Assembly (NCBI RefSeq): GCF_044324785.1
Contig: NZ_CP172127.1
Reading direction: 5' to 3' (one strand)
DNA from: Escherichia coli
Lineage (GTDB): Bacteria > Pseudomonadota > Gammaproteobacteria > Enterobacterales > Enterobacteriaceae
DNA: 64,000 bases
The notes beneath the pieces were generated by a model. That model was not told the DNA's origin. It was given only the letters and a program-made list of their open reading frames with translations, and did no database searches. How positions within the stretch are numbered: the stretch's first letter is position 1; every line of letters starts with the position of its first letter. The position numbers and the translations under genes were made by a program. Positions 39,387 through 51,187 of the stretch are shown here, in pieces.

Positions 39387-39390
39387 TACT

Positions 39391-39423
39391 AAAACAGGCC
39401 CTGGCGGCCTGTTTTGTCTTTTT
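39391..39423. terminator. Bidirectional terminator between sspB and dcuD
   Basis: Perfect 10-bp stem AAAACAGGCC/GGCCTGTTTT with 5-nt loop followed by TTTTGTCTTTTT. Confidence 0.75.
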
Positions 39424-39429
39424 AATCGC

Positions 39430-40797
39430 TTAATAAAATAGCGTGATAGTGGCAATCATATTCACCACGAAACCGACTGCCATGGGGATCGCTGTCCGCT
39501 TCACCACCGCAAAAGGCGAAACGCCTGCAATTCCTGACGTAACGACCACCACCGCAGTAATCGGCGAAACAGCGCGTGCTAGCGTCGTGGCAAAATGCAT
39601 CGGCATAATCATTACAACCGCTGGTACATGTAGTCCGGCTGCGATATTCGGAATAAGACTGGCAAATGACATAAACGGCGCATTGCCTGAGCCCATCACA
39701 ATGGCACAAATGGCAATGACCAGCGCCATAATAATCATCACGCCAATACCGCCCAGACCAGAATGCTCCGCACCCCTGATAACCGCATCGACAGTGCCAA
39801 TCGTCGTTAAGCCTTTCGCAAATATTTCACCCGCGACCACCAGCGTTACCACGTTGGCAAACTGCGTACCCATGCCGTCAAAAAACGCCTGCACATCGTC
39901 CATTGTTTCGCGCAAGTTATGCTTGCGGAAGAACTCAACAAACATCGTCACCGTCAAACTCAGTAACATTACCACCACCAGATGCAGTTCTGACTGCATC
40001 AGCCCGACGTGGGCAAGGAACAGCGAGCCGAGCATCAGGATTAACGGCATCACAGGTAAAATGGCGTAATAGAGCGGCGGGACATTATCGAGAGCTTTTT
40101 GCTCTGCCTGTTCGTGATTGATATTTTTATCTTTTTTGTCAAAAGCGCGTTGCACGAAAAAGTGGGAGATCGCCACCGAGATAATGACGCAAGAGGCGAC
40201 CGGAAGCTGGTAGTGGAAGAAGTAAGTGGCAATTTTCATTCCCGCTACCTGGGCAGCAAAAATGGAGTTCGTTTCCAGAATCCCCCACTCAATGGACATC
40301 GTGGTTGCGATAACCGCCACCGCAGAGAGGCGACTTACTCCCAGACTCACCAGCGTCGGAAATAAGGTGACCATCAGCAACATACCCAGACCGGAGGCGC
40401 TGGTAATAAACTGCGCCATGATTTGGCCGATGACGTAAGTTGCCGACAGAATAATATACGGCGAGCGAATGAGTTTTAACGGGCGGCTTAACAAGCTCAC
40501 CATCGCGCGACTTGCCCCTATGCGCTCCATATAGCGGGCATAACCGCCCACTGCCATAATCGACAGCCCCAATCCGGCAATGCGGTTGGACAGCATGCGC
40601 AGGATTTCATTATAAATATCGACGATCAAGTAGCCGCTGCTTTTGGCGGGATCGAGCACACCACCGAACCCTAACCAGACACCGCACATCATCAGGAAGA
40701 TACCTGCGGCAGCCAGCACCACCTGAGGTTTGTAGTTTTTCAGGATCAAATAGCCCATCGTAATTAATACGATGACAGATATAATTATGCCGAACAT
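39430..40797 (-). CDS. dcuD: DcuC-family C4-dicarboxylate transporter
   Basis: 455-aa polytopic membrane protein from [23 protein letters not shown]; ORF track has a 6-codon extension. Confidence 0.9.
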   Translation of the reverse strand: MFGIIISVIVLITMGYLILKNYKPQVVLAAAGIFLMMCGVWLGFGGVLDPAKSSGYLIVDIYNEILRMLSNRIAGLGLSIMAVGGYARYMERIGASRAMVSLLSRPLKLIRSPYIILSATYVIGQIMAQFITSASGLGMLLMVTLFPTLVSLGVSRLSAVAVIATTMSIEWGILETNSIFAAQVAGMKIATYFFHYQLPVASCVIISVAISHFFVQRAFDKKDKNINHEQAEQKALDNVPPLYYAILPVMPLILMLGSLFLAHVGLMQSELHLVVVMLLSLTVTMFVEFFRKHNLRETMDDVQAFFDGMGTQFANVVTLVVAGEIFAKGLTTIGTVDAVIRGAEHSGLGGIGVMIIMALVIAICAIVMGSGNAPFMSFASLIPNIAAGLHVPAVVMIMPMHFATTLARAVSPITAVVVVTSGIAGVSPFAVVKRTAIPMAVGFVVNMIATITLFY

Positions 40798-41176
40798 TGT
40801 TGAACTCCGTGTCAAAAGAAAACGGTCAATCCCATAAACGGCAGATTGAAAACAATGATGTTATATTTTTTGCAAGGCTATTTATGGTGCGGATGTCGTG
40901 TTTTTAATTGTAGGCGAGGTGATTTTTCATTAAAAAATATGCGCTTATGATTATTTTGTAAGAACACATTCATAATATTCATAATGCTCGTGAATAGTCT
41001 TATAAATAATTCAATCGGGATGTTTTTATCTGCGTTACATTAATTTTTCGCAATAGTTAATTATTCCGTTAATTATGGTAATGATGAGGCACAAAGAGAA
41101 AACCCTGCCATTTTCCCCTACTTTCAATCCTGTGATAGGATGTCACTGATGATGTTAATCACACTGACCTTACAGA

Positions 41177-41968
41177 ATGGGCCTTATGAACGCATTTGAT
41201 TCGCAAACCGAAGATTCTTCACCTGCAATTGGTCGCAACTTGCGTAGCCGCCCGCTGGCGCGTAAAAAACTCTCCGAAATGGTGGAAGAAGAGCTGGAAC
41301 AGATGATCCGCCGTCGTGAATTTGGCGAAGGTGAACAATTACCGTCTGAACGCGAACTGATGGCGTTCTTTAACGTCGGGCGTCCTTCGGTGCGTGAAGC
41401 GCTGGCAGCGTTAAAACGTAAAGGTCTGGTGCAAATAAACAACGGCGAACGCGCTCGCGTCTCACGTCCTTCTGCGGACACCATCATCGGCGAGCTTTCC
41501 GGCATGGCGAAAGATTTCCTTTCTCATCCTGGCGGGATTGCCCATTTCGAACAATTACGTCTGTTCTTTGAATCCAGCCTGGTGCGCTATGCGGCTGAAC
41601 ACGCCACCGATGAGCAAATCGATTTGCTGGCAAAAGCACTGGAAATCAACAGTCAGTCGCTTGATAACAACGCGGCATTCATTCGTTCAGACGTTGATTT
41701 CCACCGCGTGCTGGCGGAGATCCCCGGTAACCCAATCTTCATGGCGATCCACGTTGCCCTGCTCGACTGGCTGATCGCCGCACGTCCAACCGTGGCTGAT
41801 CAGGCTCTGCACGAACATAACAACGTTAGCTATCAACAGCATATTGCGATCGTTGACGCGATCCGCCGCCACGATCCCGATGAAGCCGATCGCGCGTTGC
41901 AATCGCATCTCAACAGCGTCTCTGCTACCTGGCACGCCTTCGGTCAGACCACCAACAAAAAGAAATAA
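41177..41968 (+). CDS. nanR: GntR/FadR-family repressor of sialic acid catabolism
   Basis: 263-aa ORF recognised as NanR. Confidence 0.9.
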   Translation: MGLMNAFDSQTEDSSPAIGRNLRSRPLARKKLSEMVEEELEQMIRRREFGEGEQLPSERELMAFFNVGRPSVREALAALKRKGLVQINNGERARVSRPSADTIIGELSGMAKDFLSHPGGIAHFEQLRLFFESSLVRYAAEHATDEQIDLLAKALEINSQSLDNNAAFIRSDVDFHRVLAEIPGNPIFMAIHVALLDWLIAARPTVADQALHEHNNVSYQQHIAIVDAIRRHDPDEADRALQSHLNSVSATWHAFGQTTNKKK

Positions 41969-42031
41969 TGCCACTTTAGTGAAGCAGATCGCATTATAAG
42001 CTTTCTGTATGGGGTGTTGCTTAATTGATCT

Positions 42032-42054
42032 GGTATAACAGGTATAAAGGTATA
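42032..42054 (+). promoter_or_regulatory. NanR operator (three GGTATA repeats) in the nanA promoter
   Basis: GGTATAacaGGTATAaaGGTATA read directly, ~40 bp upstream of nanA; matches the described Nan box. Confidence 0.7.
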
Positions 42055-42089
42055 TCGTTTATCAGACAAGCATCACTTCAGAGGTATTT

Positions 42090-42983
42090 ATGGCAACGAA
42101 TTTACGTGGCGTAATGGCCGCACTCCTGACTCCTTTTGACCAACAACAAGCACTGGATAAAGCGAGTCTGCGCCGCCTGGTTCAGTTCAATATTCAGCAG
42201 GGCATCGACGGCTTATACGTGGGTGGTTCGACCGGCGAAGCCTTTGTACAAAGCCTTTCCGAGCGTGAACAGGTACTGGAAATCGTCGCCGAAGAGGCGA
42301 AAGGCAAGATTAAACTTATCGCTCACGTAGGTTGCGTCAGCACTGCTGAAAGCCAACAACTTGCGGCATCGGCTAAACGTTATGGCTTCGATGCCGTCTC
42401 CGCCGTCACGCCGTTCTACTATCCTTTCAGCTTTGAAGAACACTGCGATCACTATCGGGCAATTATTGATTCGGCGGATGGTTTGCCGATGGTGGTGTAC
42501 AACATTCCTGCCCTGAGCGGGGTAAAACTAACCCTGGATCAGATCAACACACTTGTTACGTTGCCTGGCGTCGGTGCGCTGAAACAGACTTCTGGCGATC
42601 TCTATCAGATGGAACAGATCCGTCGTGAACATCCTGATCTGGTGCTCTATAACGGTTACGACGAAATCTTCGCCTCTGGTCTTCTGGCGGGCGCTGATGG
42701 TGGTATCGGTAGCACCTACAACATCATGGGCTGGCGTTATCAGGGGATTGTGAAGGCGCTGAAAGAAGGCGATATCCAGACCGCGCAGAAGCTGCAAACC
42801 GAATGTAATAAAGTCATTGATTTACTGATCAAAACGGGCGTATTCCGCGGCCTGAAAACTGTTCTGCATTATATGGATGTCGTTTCTGTGCCGCTGTGCC
42901 GCAAACCGTTTGGTCCGGTAGATGAAAAATATCTGCCAGAACTGAAGGCGCTGGCCCAGCAGTTGATGCAAGAGCGCGGGTGA
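42090..42983 (+). CDS. nanA: N-acetylneuraminate lyase
   Basis: 297-aa ORF recognised as NanA. Confidence 0.95.
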
Positions 42984-42990
42984 GTTTTTT

Positions 42991-43020
42991 CCCCTCGCTC
43001 GCCCCTACCGGGTGAGGGGA
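42991..43020. repeat. GC-rich imperfect palindrome (CCCCTCGCTC...GGGTGAGGGGA), copy 2
   Basis: Directly after the nanA stop; same arms as the element at 25138-25176. Confidence 0.35.
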
Positions 43021-43091
43021 AATAAACGCATCTGTACCCTACAATTTTCATACCAAAGCGTGTGGGCATCGCCCACCGCGGGAGACTCACA

Positions 43092-44582
43092 ATGAGTACT
43101 ACAACCCAGAATATCCCGTGGTATCGCCATCTCAACCGCGCACAATGGCGGGCATTTTCCGCTGCCTGGTTGGGATATCTGCTTGACGGTTTTGATTTCG
43201 TTTTAATCGCCCTGGTACTTACCGAAGTACAAGGTGAATTCGGGCTGACGACGGTGCAGGCGGCAAGTCTGATCTCCGCAGCCTTTATCTCTCGCTGGTT
43301 CGGCGGCCTGATGCTCGGCGCTATGGGTGACCGCTACGGGCGTCGTCTGGCAATGGTCACCAGCATCGTTCTCTTCTCGGCCGGGACGCTGGCCTGCGGC
43401 TTTGCGCCAGGCTACATCACCATGTTTATCGCTCGTCTGGTCATCGGCATGGGGATGGCGGGTGAATACGGTTCCAGCGCCACCTATGTCATTGAAAGCT
43501 GGCCAAAACATCTGCGTAATAAAGCCAGTGGTTTTCTGATTTCCGGCTTCTCTGTGGGGGCCGTCGTTGCCGCTCAGGTCTATAGCCTGGTGGTTCCGGT
43601 CTGGGGCTGGCGTGCGCTGTTCTTTATCGGCATTTTGCCAATCATCTTTGCTCTCTGGCTGCGTAAAAACATCCCGGAAGCGGAAGACTGGAAAGAGAAA
43701 CACGCAGGTAAAGCACCAGTACGCACAATGGTGGATATTCTCTACCGTGGTGAACATCGCATTGCCAATATCGTAATGACACTGGCGGCGGCTACTGCGC
43801 TGTGGTTTTGCTTTGCCGGTAACCTGCAAAATGCCGCGATCGTCGCTGTTCTTGGGCTGTTATGCGCCGCAATCTTTATCAGCTTTATGGTGCAAAGTAC
43901 GGGCAAACGCTGGCCAACGGGCGTAATGCTGATGGTGGTCGTGTTGTTTGCTTTCCTCTACTCATGGCCGATTCAGGCGCTGCTGCCAACGTATCTGAAA
44001 ACCGATCTGGCTTATAACCCGCATACTGTCGCCAATGTGCTGTTCTTTAGTGGCTTTGGCGCGGCGGTGGGATGCTGCGTAGGTGGTTTCCTCGGTGACT
44101 GGCTGGGAACCCGCAAAGCGTACGTTTGTAGCCTGCTGGCCTCGCAGCTGCTGATTATTCCGGTATTTGCGATTGGCGGCGCAAACGTCTGGGTGCTCGG
44201 TCTGTTACTGTTCTTCCAGCAAATGCTTGGACAAGGGATCGCCGGGATCTTACCGAAACTGATTGGCGGTTATTTCGATACCGACCAGCGTGCAGCTGGC
44301 CTGGGCTTTACCTACAACGTCGGCGCATTGGGCGGTGCACTGGCCCCAATCATCGGCGCGTTGATCGCTCAACGTCTGGATCTGGGTACTGCGCTGGCAT
44401 CGCTCTCGTTCAGTCTGACATTTGTGGTGATCCTGCTGATTGGTCTGGATATGCCTTCCCGCGTTCAGCGTTGGCTGCGCCCGGAAGCATTGCGTACTCA
44501 TGACGCTATCGACGGCAAACCATTTAGCGGTGCCGTGCCATTTGGCCGCGCCAAAAACGATTTAGTCAAAACCAAAAGTTAA
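43092..44582 (+). CDS. nanT: Sialic acid MFS transporter
   Basis: 496-aa protein from [19 protein letters not shown]; GGAG RBS; ORF track has a 10-codon extension. Confidence 0.95.
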
Positions 44583-44629
44583 TCCTGTTGCCCGGTCTCT
44601 GTACCGGGCCTTTCGCTAAGGGAAGATGT

Positions 44630-45315
44630 ATGTCGTTACTTGCACAACTGGATCAAAAAATCGCTGCTAACGGTGGCCTGATTGTCTCCTGCCAGCCGGT
44701 TCCGGACAGCCCGCTCGATAAACCCGAAATCGTCGCCGCCATGGCATTAGCGGCAGAACAGGCGGGCGCGGTTGCCATTCGCATTGAAGGTGTGGCAAAT
44801 CTGCAAGCCACGCGTGCGGTGGTGAGCGTGCCAATTATCGGGATTGTGAAACGCGATCTGGAGGATTCTCCGGTACGTATCACGGCCTATATTGAAGATG
44901 TTGATGCGCTGGCGCAGGCGGGCGCGGACATTATCGCCATTGACGGCACCGACCGCCCGCGTCCGGTGCCTGTTGAAACGTTGCTGGCACGTATTCACCA
45001 TCACGGTTTACTGGCGATGACCGACTGCTCAACGCCGGAAGACGGCCTGGCATGCCAAAAGCTGGGAGCCGAAATTATTGGCACTACGCTTTCTGGCTAT
45101 ACCACGCCTGAAACGCCAGAAGAGCCGGATCTGGCGCTGGTGAAAACGTTGAGCGACGCCGGATGTCGGGTGATTGCCGAAGGGCGTTACAACACGCCTG
45201 CTCAGGCGGCAGATGCGATGCGCCACGGCGCGTGGGCGGTGACGGTCGGTTCTGCCATTACGCGTCTTGAACACATTTGTCAGTGGTACAACACAGCGAT
45301 GAAAAAGGCGGTGCT

Positions 45316-45319
<4 letters not shown>
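44630..45319 (+). CDS. nanE: N-acetylmannosamine-6-phosphate 2-epimerase
   Basis: 229-aa protein from [22 protein letters not shown]; ORF track has a 14-codon extension. Confidence 0.95.
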
Positions 45320-46652
<1,333 letters not shown>

Positions 46653-46727
46653 ATTTATTAGCTCAGGTGTGACCTGACCCATCTTTGGCACAGAGCCAAA
46701 CCTGAACTGACGGACCGCTCTGTGCCA

Positions 46728-47069
46728 TTACCTGACGTTGTATTCTTTTATGTTAACACCCTTGATGCTGTATATACCTGTCCGCTTAATTCGCTTACCC
46801 TTTTTATTCGTAATAGTTGCTGTAAGTGTACTGCAGCGAATGGAATGACGTTCATCAATCACCAGCCGAATTGCTTCTGAAGCATCTTCCACCTCTAGAA
46901 GGTCGTGAGTCTTATTTAAGCCGAATGGAACAAGGTGGAAGGCAGTTTTTCCAGATGATTTTCTGGTTATTTTTACTGGATACAACACATCACCACTTTT
47001 ATGGATTAATTCAAGCTGTTCAATGTAAATCATAGCAACTTTCCTTCGTTTATCTGCATGAATATACAA
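46728..47069 (-). CDS. Orphan hypothetical protein in AT-rich DNA (113 aa from TTG; more likely 101 aa from the ATG at 47033)
   Basis: ORF in ~40% GC sequence; internal ATG at 47033 has AGGAAA 6 nt upstream; lysine-rich C-terminus; no family recognised; coding status unproven. Confidence 0.4.
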   Translation of the reverse strand: MYIHADKRRKVAMIYIEQLELIHKSGDVLYPVKITRKSSGKTAFHLVPFGLNKTHDLLEVEDASEAIRLVIDERHSIRCSTLTATITNKKGKRIKRTGIYSIKGVNIKEYNVR

Positions 47070-47120
47070 ACCGAAAATAGGAGATGCAATACAAAAGCTG
47101 TGGAAATATCAAACAGCCTC

Positions 47121-47378
47121 TCAATTTGGCAGGCAGCGTCTGCCAAATCTTTGCCGATGGAAATTCTGCAGACGGTGTCTGCAGAACTTCAACGTGTTGA
47201 TAAAAAGGTAAAAAAGCCTAATTTGGCGTAAGTTTTTTGCAGAGAACCCACGCTTATATCTTAGACTTAAATCCTTTGATAGTCGCTTGATTAGCTGCGC
47301 ACCATACGCAGCCCTAGCCTCGCCACCTTGTTCAAATTCGACAATCCGTCGGCCAATTTCCCAGTACGTCGCGGTCAT
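47121..47378 (-). pseudogene. yhcG: Frameshifted, truncated remnant of yhcG (DUF1016 PD-(D/E)XK nuclease-like)
   Basis: First ~57 codons (MTATYWEIGRRIVEFEQGGEARAAYGAQLIKRLSKDLSLRYKRGFSAKNLRQ) read like the YhcG N-terminus; the frame then degenerates and stops at 85 aa while a plausible continuation (LQTPSAEFPSAKIWQTLPAKL) is in another frame; the ~290 C-terminal codons of the 375-aa K-12 protein are absent. Confidence 0.6.
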
Positions 47379-47487
47379 TAACGCGTTAACACTACGTACC
47401 GTTTCCGTCCGGGCACTATCGAACTGGTGAATAATGTCTCCATGTACCCGCTTGTAGCCTAAATATCGCTACTTTATTTTTAACCAA

Positions 47488-48153
47488 TTAATAATATTTC
47501 AGTGTGATTTCCGCTGTGCCACTGAATTCCATCTTGTCCGTAACATTCAACTCCGACATCGCATTAATCGCAGAGCTGATTTTAAGTGGCACAGTTAGTG
47601 TGGTCAGATTTTGCGGTGAAGATGTACCAAATGCGTAAACGGTTGTGTTATCTGGGCTGACGATCTGCCAATTCCCAGTAGACTTTATCCATGTTGGATT
47701 GCTGCTATCAGTTGCTGAAAGTACAGAAACCCCTGTTCCGTTATCGACGGTAATCCCCATATTATCAATCATAATGGCCCATGCTCCGACCGGCTTATTT
47801 TTGAATAACCCCAGCCCCAGCAGGTCGCTTTGTGTTAATGCGCTACCGAGCGGAATTTTTGCCGCCATTGCAGTACCAGAATTGAGATCTTTAATAAGAA
47901 TCCCTGGGGCAGCGCTGCCTGGACAGCTAATTGATAGTTGGGTATTTTGATCTGGTAAGCGTGTGGCATCCTGGGTATTCATATTTGCAACAATATAGGT
48001 TCCAAGATTAATGACGCTATTCGTCAGGTTAATTGAACAGGAAGGCGGTTCCACCAACGCGCTAACATGGATGGTGATGTCTGCGGCACTGACATTGGTG
48101 GAACAGAAAAGCGTTATCAGGCCAATCAGCGATATTTTATTCATGACTATCAC
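47488..48153 (-). CDS. yhcF: Fimbrial-like protein (DUF1120)
   Basis: 221-aa ORF, GTG start overlapping the yhcE stop, signal peptide, C-terminus FSGTAEITLKYY. Confidence 0.75.
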   Translation of the reverse strand: MIVMNKISLIGLITLFCSTNVSAADITIHVSALVEPPSCSINLTNSVINLGTYIVANMNTQDATRLPDQNTQLSISCPGSAAPGILIKDLNSGTAMAAKIPLGSALTQSDLLGLGLFKNKPVGAWAIMIDNMGITVDNGTGVSVLSATDSSNPTWIKSTGNWQIVSPDNTTVYAFGTSSPQNLTTLTVPLKISSAINAMSELNVTDKMEFSGTAEITLKYY

Positions 48154-48722
48154 TCCGGTCGGCTATTCAGAGAAATGTTCAGGTCGTTGGTGAGCGTAAG
48201 TAAGTCTTGAGGGTTAATATCCTTGCCTGTGATCAATGGCAGTATCGCCAGTTGTACACTGGCCTGTGTTAGCGCCTGTTCGCGATCATGCTGCATAAAA
48301 GATATACCTTCCGAAGGTAATAAAACAATATTAGATGTACCGCCGTCTTGAAGTTGGTTGCTCACGGAAACACGAGACACAGAGGCACTCTGACCGCCTA
48401 TTGTCGGATTAGAGGCTTTGACTCGTATCACGCTCTGCTCGCCAAACTTAAATAGTGATTTTCCTTTATATGTCAATTTATTACCGTCAATCATGACGTG
48501 TACATAATGTGGTGAATCGCATTGAATATTCAGCGTAATATAGCGTTCTGGCAACGCAATACCATCCACCACCGTGGTATTGATGGTGTGTAATGTGCGT
48601 GAAGAACGATCAACCTTTCCCCAGGCAATATCCTGTTGGTTGGCTGTCACCTTACAGTTCTCGGCCAACGTAAATTGACTAAAAAAACAGGTTATTAGCA
48701 GAAGAGCCAAAGATGTTTTCAT
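48150..48722 (-). CDS. yhcE: Fimbrial-like protein, intact
   Basis: 190-aa uninterrupted ORF with signal peptide MKTSLALLLITCFFSQFTLA; no IS sequence present. Confidence 0.75.
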   Translation of the reverse strand: MKTSLALLLITCFFSQFTLAENCKVTANQQDIAWGKVDRSSRTLHTINTTVVDGIALPERYITLNIQCDSPHYVHVMIDGNKLTYKGKSLFKFGEQSVIRVKASNPTIGGQSASVSRVSVSNQLQDGGTSNIVLLPSEGISFMQHDREQALTQASVQLAILPLITGKDINPQDLLTLTNDLNISLNSRPE

Positions 48723-48734
48723 CTTGTTATTTCC

Positions 48735-51176
48735 TTATAAACAATGAGCTTGAACCGTTTCGTATACCACACTATCAGGCGCATCTTTGGGTAACGTATA
48801 TTGTAGATGGCATATTTTGCCATCAGGAAGAATAACCTTAAGAGTGTCCGTATTATTTTCAATGTTATTAATAAAGAAGGTGCCTTCTTCAACAACGGAG
48901 GTCAGATAGTTTCCCTGTGCGGTATGAACAGAACTATTCAGAGGTAAAAGGGCATTATTGAATCGCACATCCTGGAACATCACCCGACGTGCTGATAGCA
49001 CGGTGAAGGAAATACTTCCGACTGAATAACGCCCTTGTTTAACTTCTTGAGTAGCGTTTGCAATATCGGTTTTTTTAGCCAATGATTTGGGGTCAATTTC
49101 AACAATTGCCGTCTGGTACGGAGGTAAAACGGGCACAACAGCTTGCCCCCACCAGTCAGTCCATGCGGCACCCTGTGGCGTTTGAATTTGGACGCCAGCC
49201 TGTTTTTGGCTCAATTGGGCAATGGCCCAGGTATCAGCGATCCTGTCCGGGGAAAAGGTTATTCCATCCTTGTGCAGAGCGATCCCGCCATCAAGCGTGG
49301 CAGAAGAATAATGGCTGTCCGAGCCGCTTTGTCCCGCAGATAGTCCGAGGCGAGTATAATGTAGGTTAGTATTAAGGCCACCGCTGGCATTATTGCCACT
49401 ATCTTGGCTACGTTCATAGCTGACATAATAACTACTGTCTTTCAGGAAGGCGCCAGAAAGCGTTGAGCCAATGCGAGTATCATTATTTTCATGTCGCACC
49501 CAACTACTGGAATAATGGTTACCTAAAGGCACGTAAACAGTAAGGTTAAGTGAGTCTTCACTGTCATTTCCTTTTTCATGCCGGTAATAAAAATTGGTGG
49601 AGAAATATTTAAACTGCCTACTCCAGTTTATTGTGGTGTTAGTTGAATCACCGTCACGATAATAGCTTTTATTATTGGTATAACTTAGGCTAATTCCACC
49701 TAATAAATCGTGATACCAGGTCAGCGATCCAGTAAGCTCATTTTTATTGTAGGCATAGAATTTATTGTCATCTCCATAATCCCATGGTTGGTCGCTGATA
49801 TCGTCATTTTGCGTGGAATCAAGCAAATCGCGATAACCTCGCTCACTCCAGGTGTCGGTAACGGAAAAGCTTAAATTATCCAGCAGGTCTGCACCTAACG
49901 TGATCGCTGCCTGATTCCCTCGCTTATTATGATTATCATCGACCGCACTTCGGAGCTGAATAGAAGTTGACCAGTGAGTGAAAGGCTGAAAATCAACCCC
50001 GCCAGCAAAAGCATAATAGTTATTTGCGACGATGCCGCCTGTCGATAAAGTATAAGTATTAAAAACCGGCTGACTCCAGGCACCGCTTAACACCATCGGT
50101 TCGTCATCTTCTGCACCAACCTCGCGAACCCGGCCTACGGCAAAATTGTAGTTTGGTGTTCCTGTCACCGTTCGACGGAAAGAATCGCTAAAAACAGTAA
50201 ACTGGTCGCTACTCCCATCGCTTTCGATAACTGTCACATCCAGGTTACTGCTTTGATTCAGGACTGGAACGTTGGTTAAAGTAAATGGTCCCATTGGAGC
50301 CAAAGTAGAATAAATAAGCTGTTTATTTTGTCGGATTTCAATGCGTGCTTGCGATGATTTGACATTACCAGAAACCATCACATCATTACGTCTGTTTGGG
50401 GTTAGCGAAATATCAGGTTGTATCTGTACACCGTAAAGTGAGGCGCCGGAAAGTAGGGGGTTGGCAAGGTTGATCCCGCCTGCCTGCATATTTATTTTGC
50501 TTGCGGTGAAAGTATGTTCGGCATAAGTATAGAGATTGTCGAGATTGTGATCGCCATTAGATAAGGCAACCGAGGTACTATTACGTATTATCCAGTCGCC
50601 CATATTGATGCCGCTTTGTAGCGCAGCACTGGTATAATTATCATTATCGCCGTTATATTTATTAATATTATGCAATAATGAATAGTTTATAGTCGCCCCC
50701 GTCCCTCCAGTGGTGTAACCGCTAACCTCATCTGGGGATTGTAAGGCAATCGCCTCTGTCGGTAATAACACAAAGACTTTGTATTGCGCCGAATCGAAAT
50801 GTACCACCGCTGATGGATAGAGCATCTGCAATGTTTGGCAACGGTCGTCAGTTTCCGTTAAATTTTGTGGGATGATGACACCAGCTCTTTGCATCCAGTT
50901 AGTGTCAGCGCAAAGTTCGCCTTGTGGGTCAATAGTGATGGTAACATTGACATTTCGGTGACCATTAATGTCCATATTGACCTGTTGCGTGCCGGGAGGA
51001 AGACGTGCTTCTTTTGAAAAATAAGCCGCAACATTTTTATCTATACCAAATGAGCGTAACGCATCGCTATTGAAGTTAAGAGCGGTCTCCATCTCTTCCT
51101 GCGACGAAGCTGCCATAGCTATAATAGGAATAAAATGCAGCACTAGAAAGATCTTGTTGAGGGGAAAATATTTCAA
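48735..51176 (-). CDS. yhcD: Fimbrial outer-membrane usher
   Basis: 813-aa ORF with usher-type beta-barrel pattern and conserved C-terminal Cys pair; start may be at an internal Met. Confidence 0.9.
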   Translation of the reverse strand: MKYFPLNKIFLVLHFIPIIAMAASSQEEMETALNFNSDALRSFGIDKNVAAYFSKEARLPPGTQQVNMDINGHRNVNVTITIDPQGELCADTNWMQRAGVIIPQNLTETDDRCQTLQMLYPSAVVHFDSAQYKVFVLLPTEAIALQSPDEVSGYTTGGTGATINYSLLHNINKYNGDNDNYTSAALQSGINMGDWIIRNSTSVALSNGDHNLDNLYTYAEHTFTASKINMQAGGINLANPLLSGASLYGVQIQPDISLTPNRRNDVMVSGNVKSSQARIEIRQNKQLIYSTLAPMGPFTLTNVPVLNQSSNLDVTVIESDGSSDQFTVFSDSFRRTVTGTPNYNFAVGRVREVGAEDDEPMVLSGAWSQPVFNTYTLSTGGIVANNYYAFAGGVDFQPFTHWSTSIQLRSAVDDNHNKRGNQAAITLGADLLDNLSFSVTDTWSERGYRDLLDSTQNDDISDQPWDYGDDNKFYAYNKNELTGSLTWYHDLLGGISLSYTNNKSYYRDGDSTNTTINWSRQFKYFSTNFYYRHEKGNDSEDSLNLTVYVPLGNHYSSSWVRHENNDTRIGSTLSGAFLKDSSYYVSYERSQDSGNNASGGLNTNLHYTRLGLSAGQSGSDSHYSSATLDGGIALHKDGITFSPDRIADTWAIAQLSQKQAGVQIQTPQGAAWTDWWGQAVVPVLPPYQTAIVEIDPKSLAKKTDIANATQEVKQGRYSVGSISFTVLSARRVMFQDVRFNNALLPLNSSVHTAQGNYLTSVVEEGTFFINNIENNTDTLKVILPDGKICHLQYTLPKDAPDSVVYETVQAHCL

Positions 51177-51187
51177 GATAGCATTCC

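Noticed and set aside
39443-40069. 208-aa plus-strand ORF
   Set aside because: Antisense to dcuD; Thr/Ala/Ile-rich mirror of a membrane protein.
46728-47120. Possibility that the AT-rich segment is an insertion sequence or prophage remnant
   Set aside because: No transposase-like or integrase-like frame and no terminal inverted repeats typical of IS elements; kept only as an orphan ORF of unknown origin.
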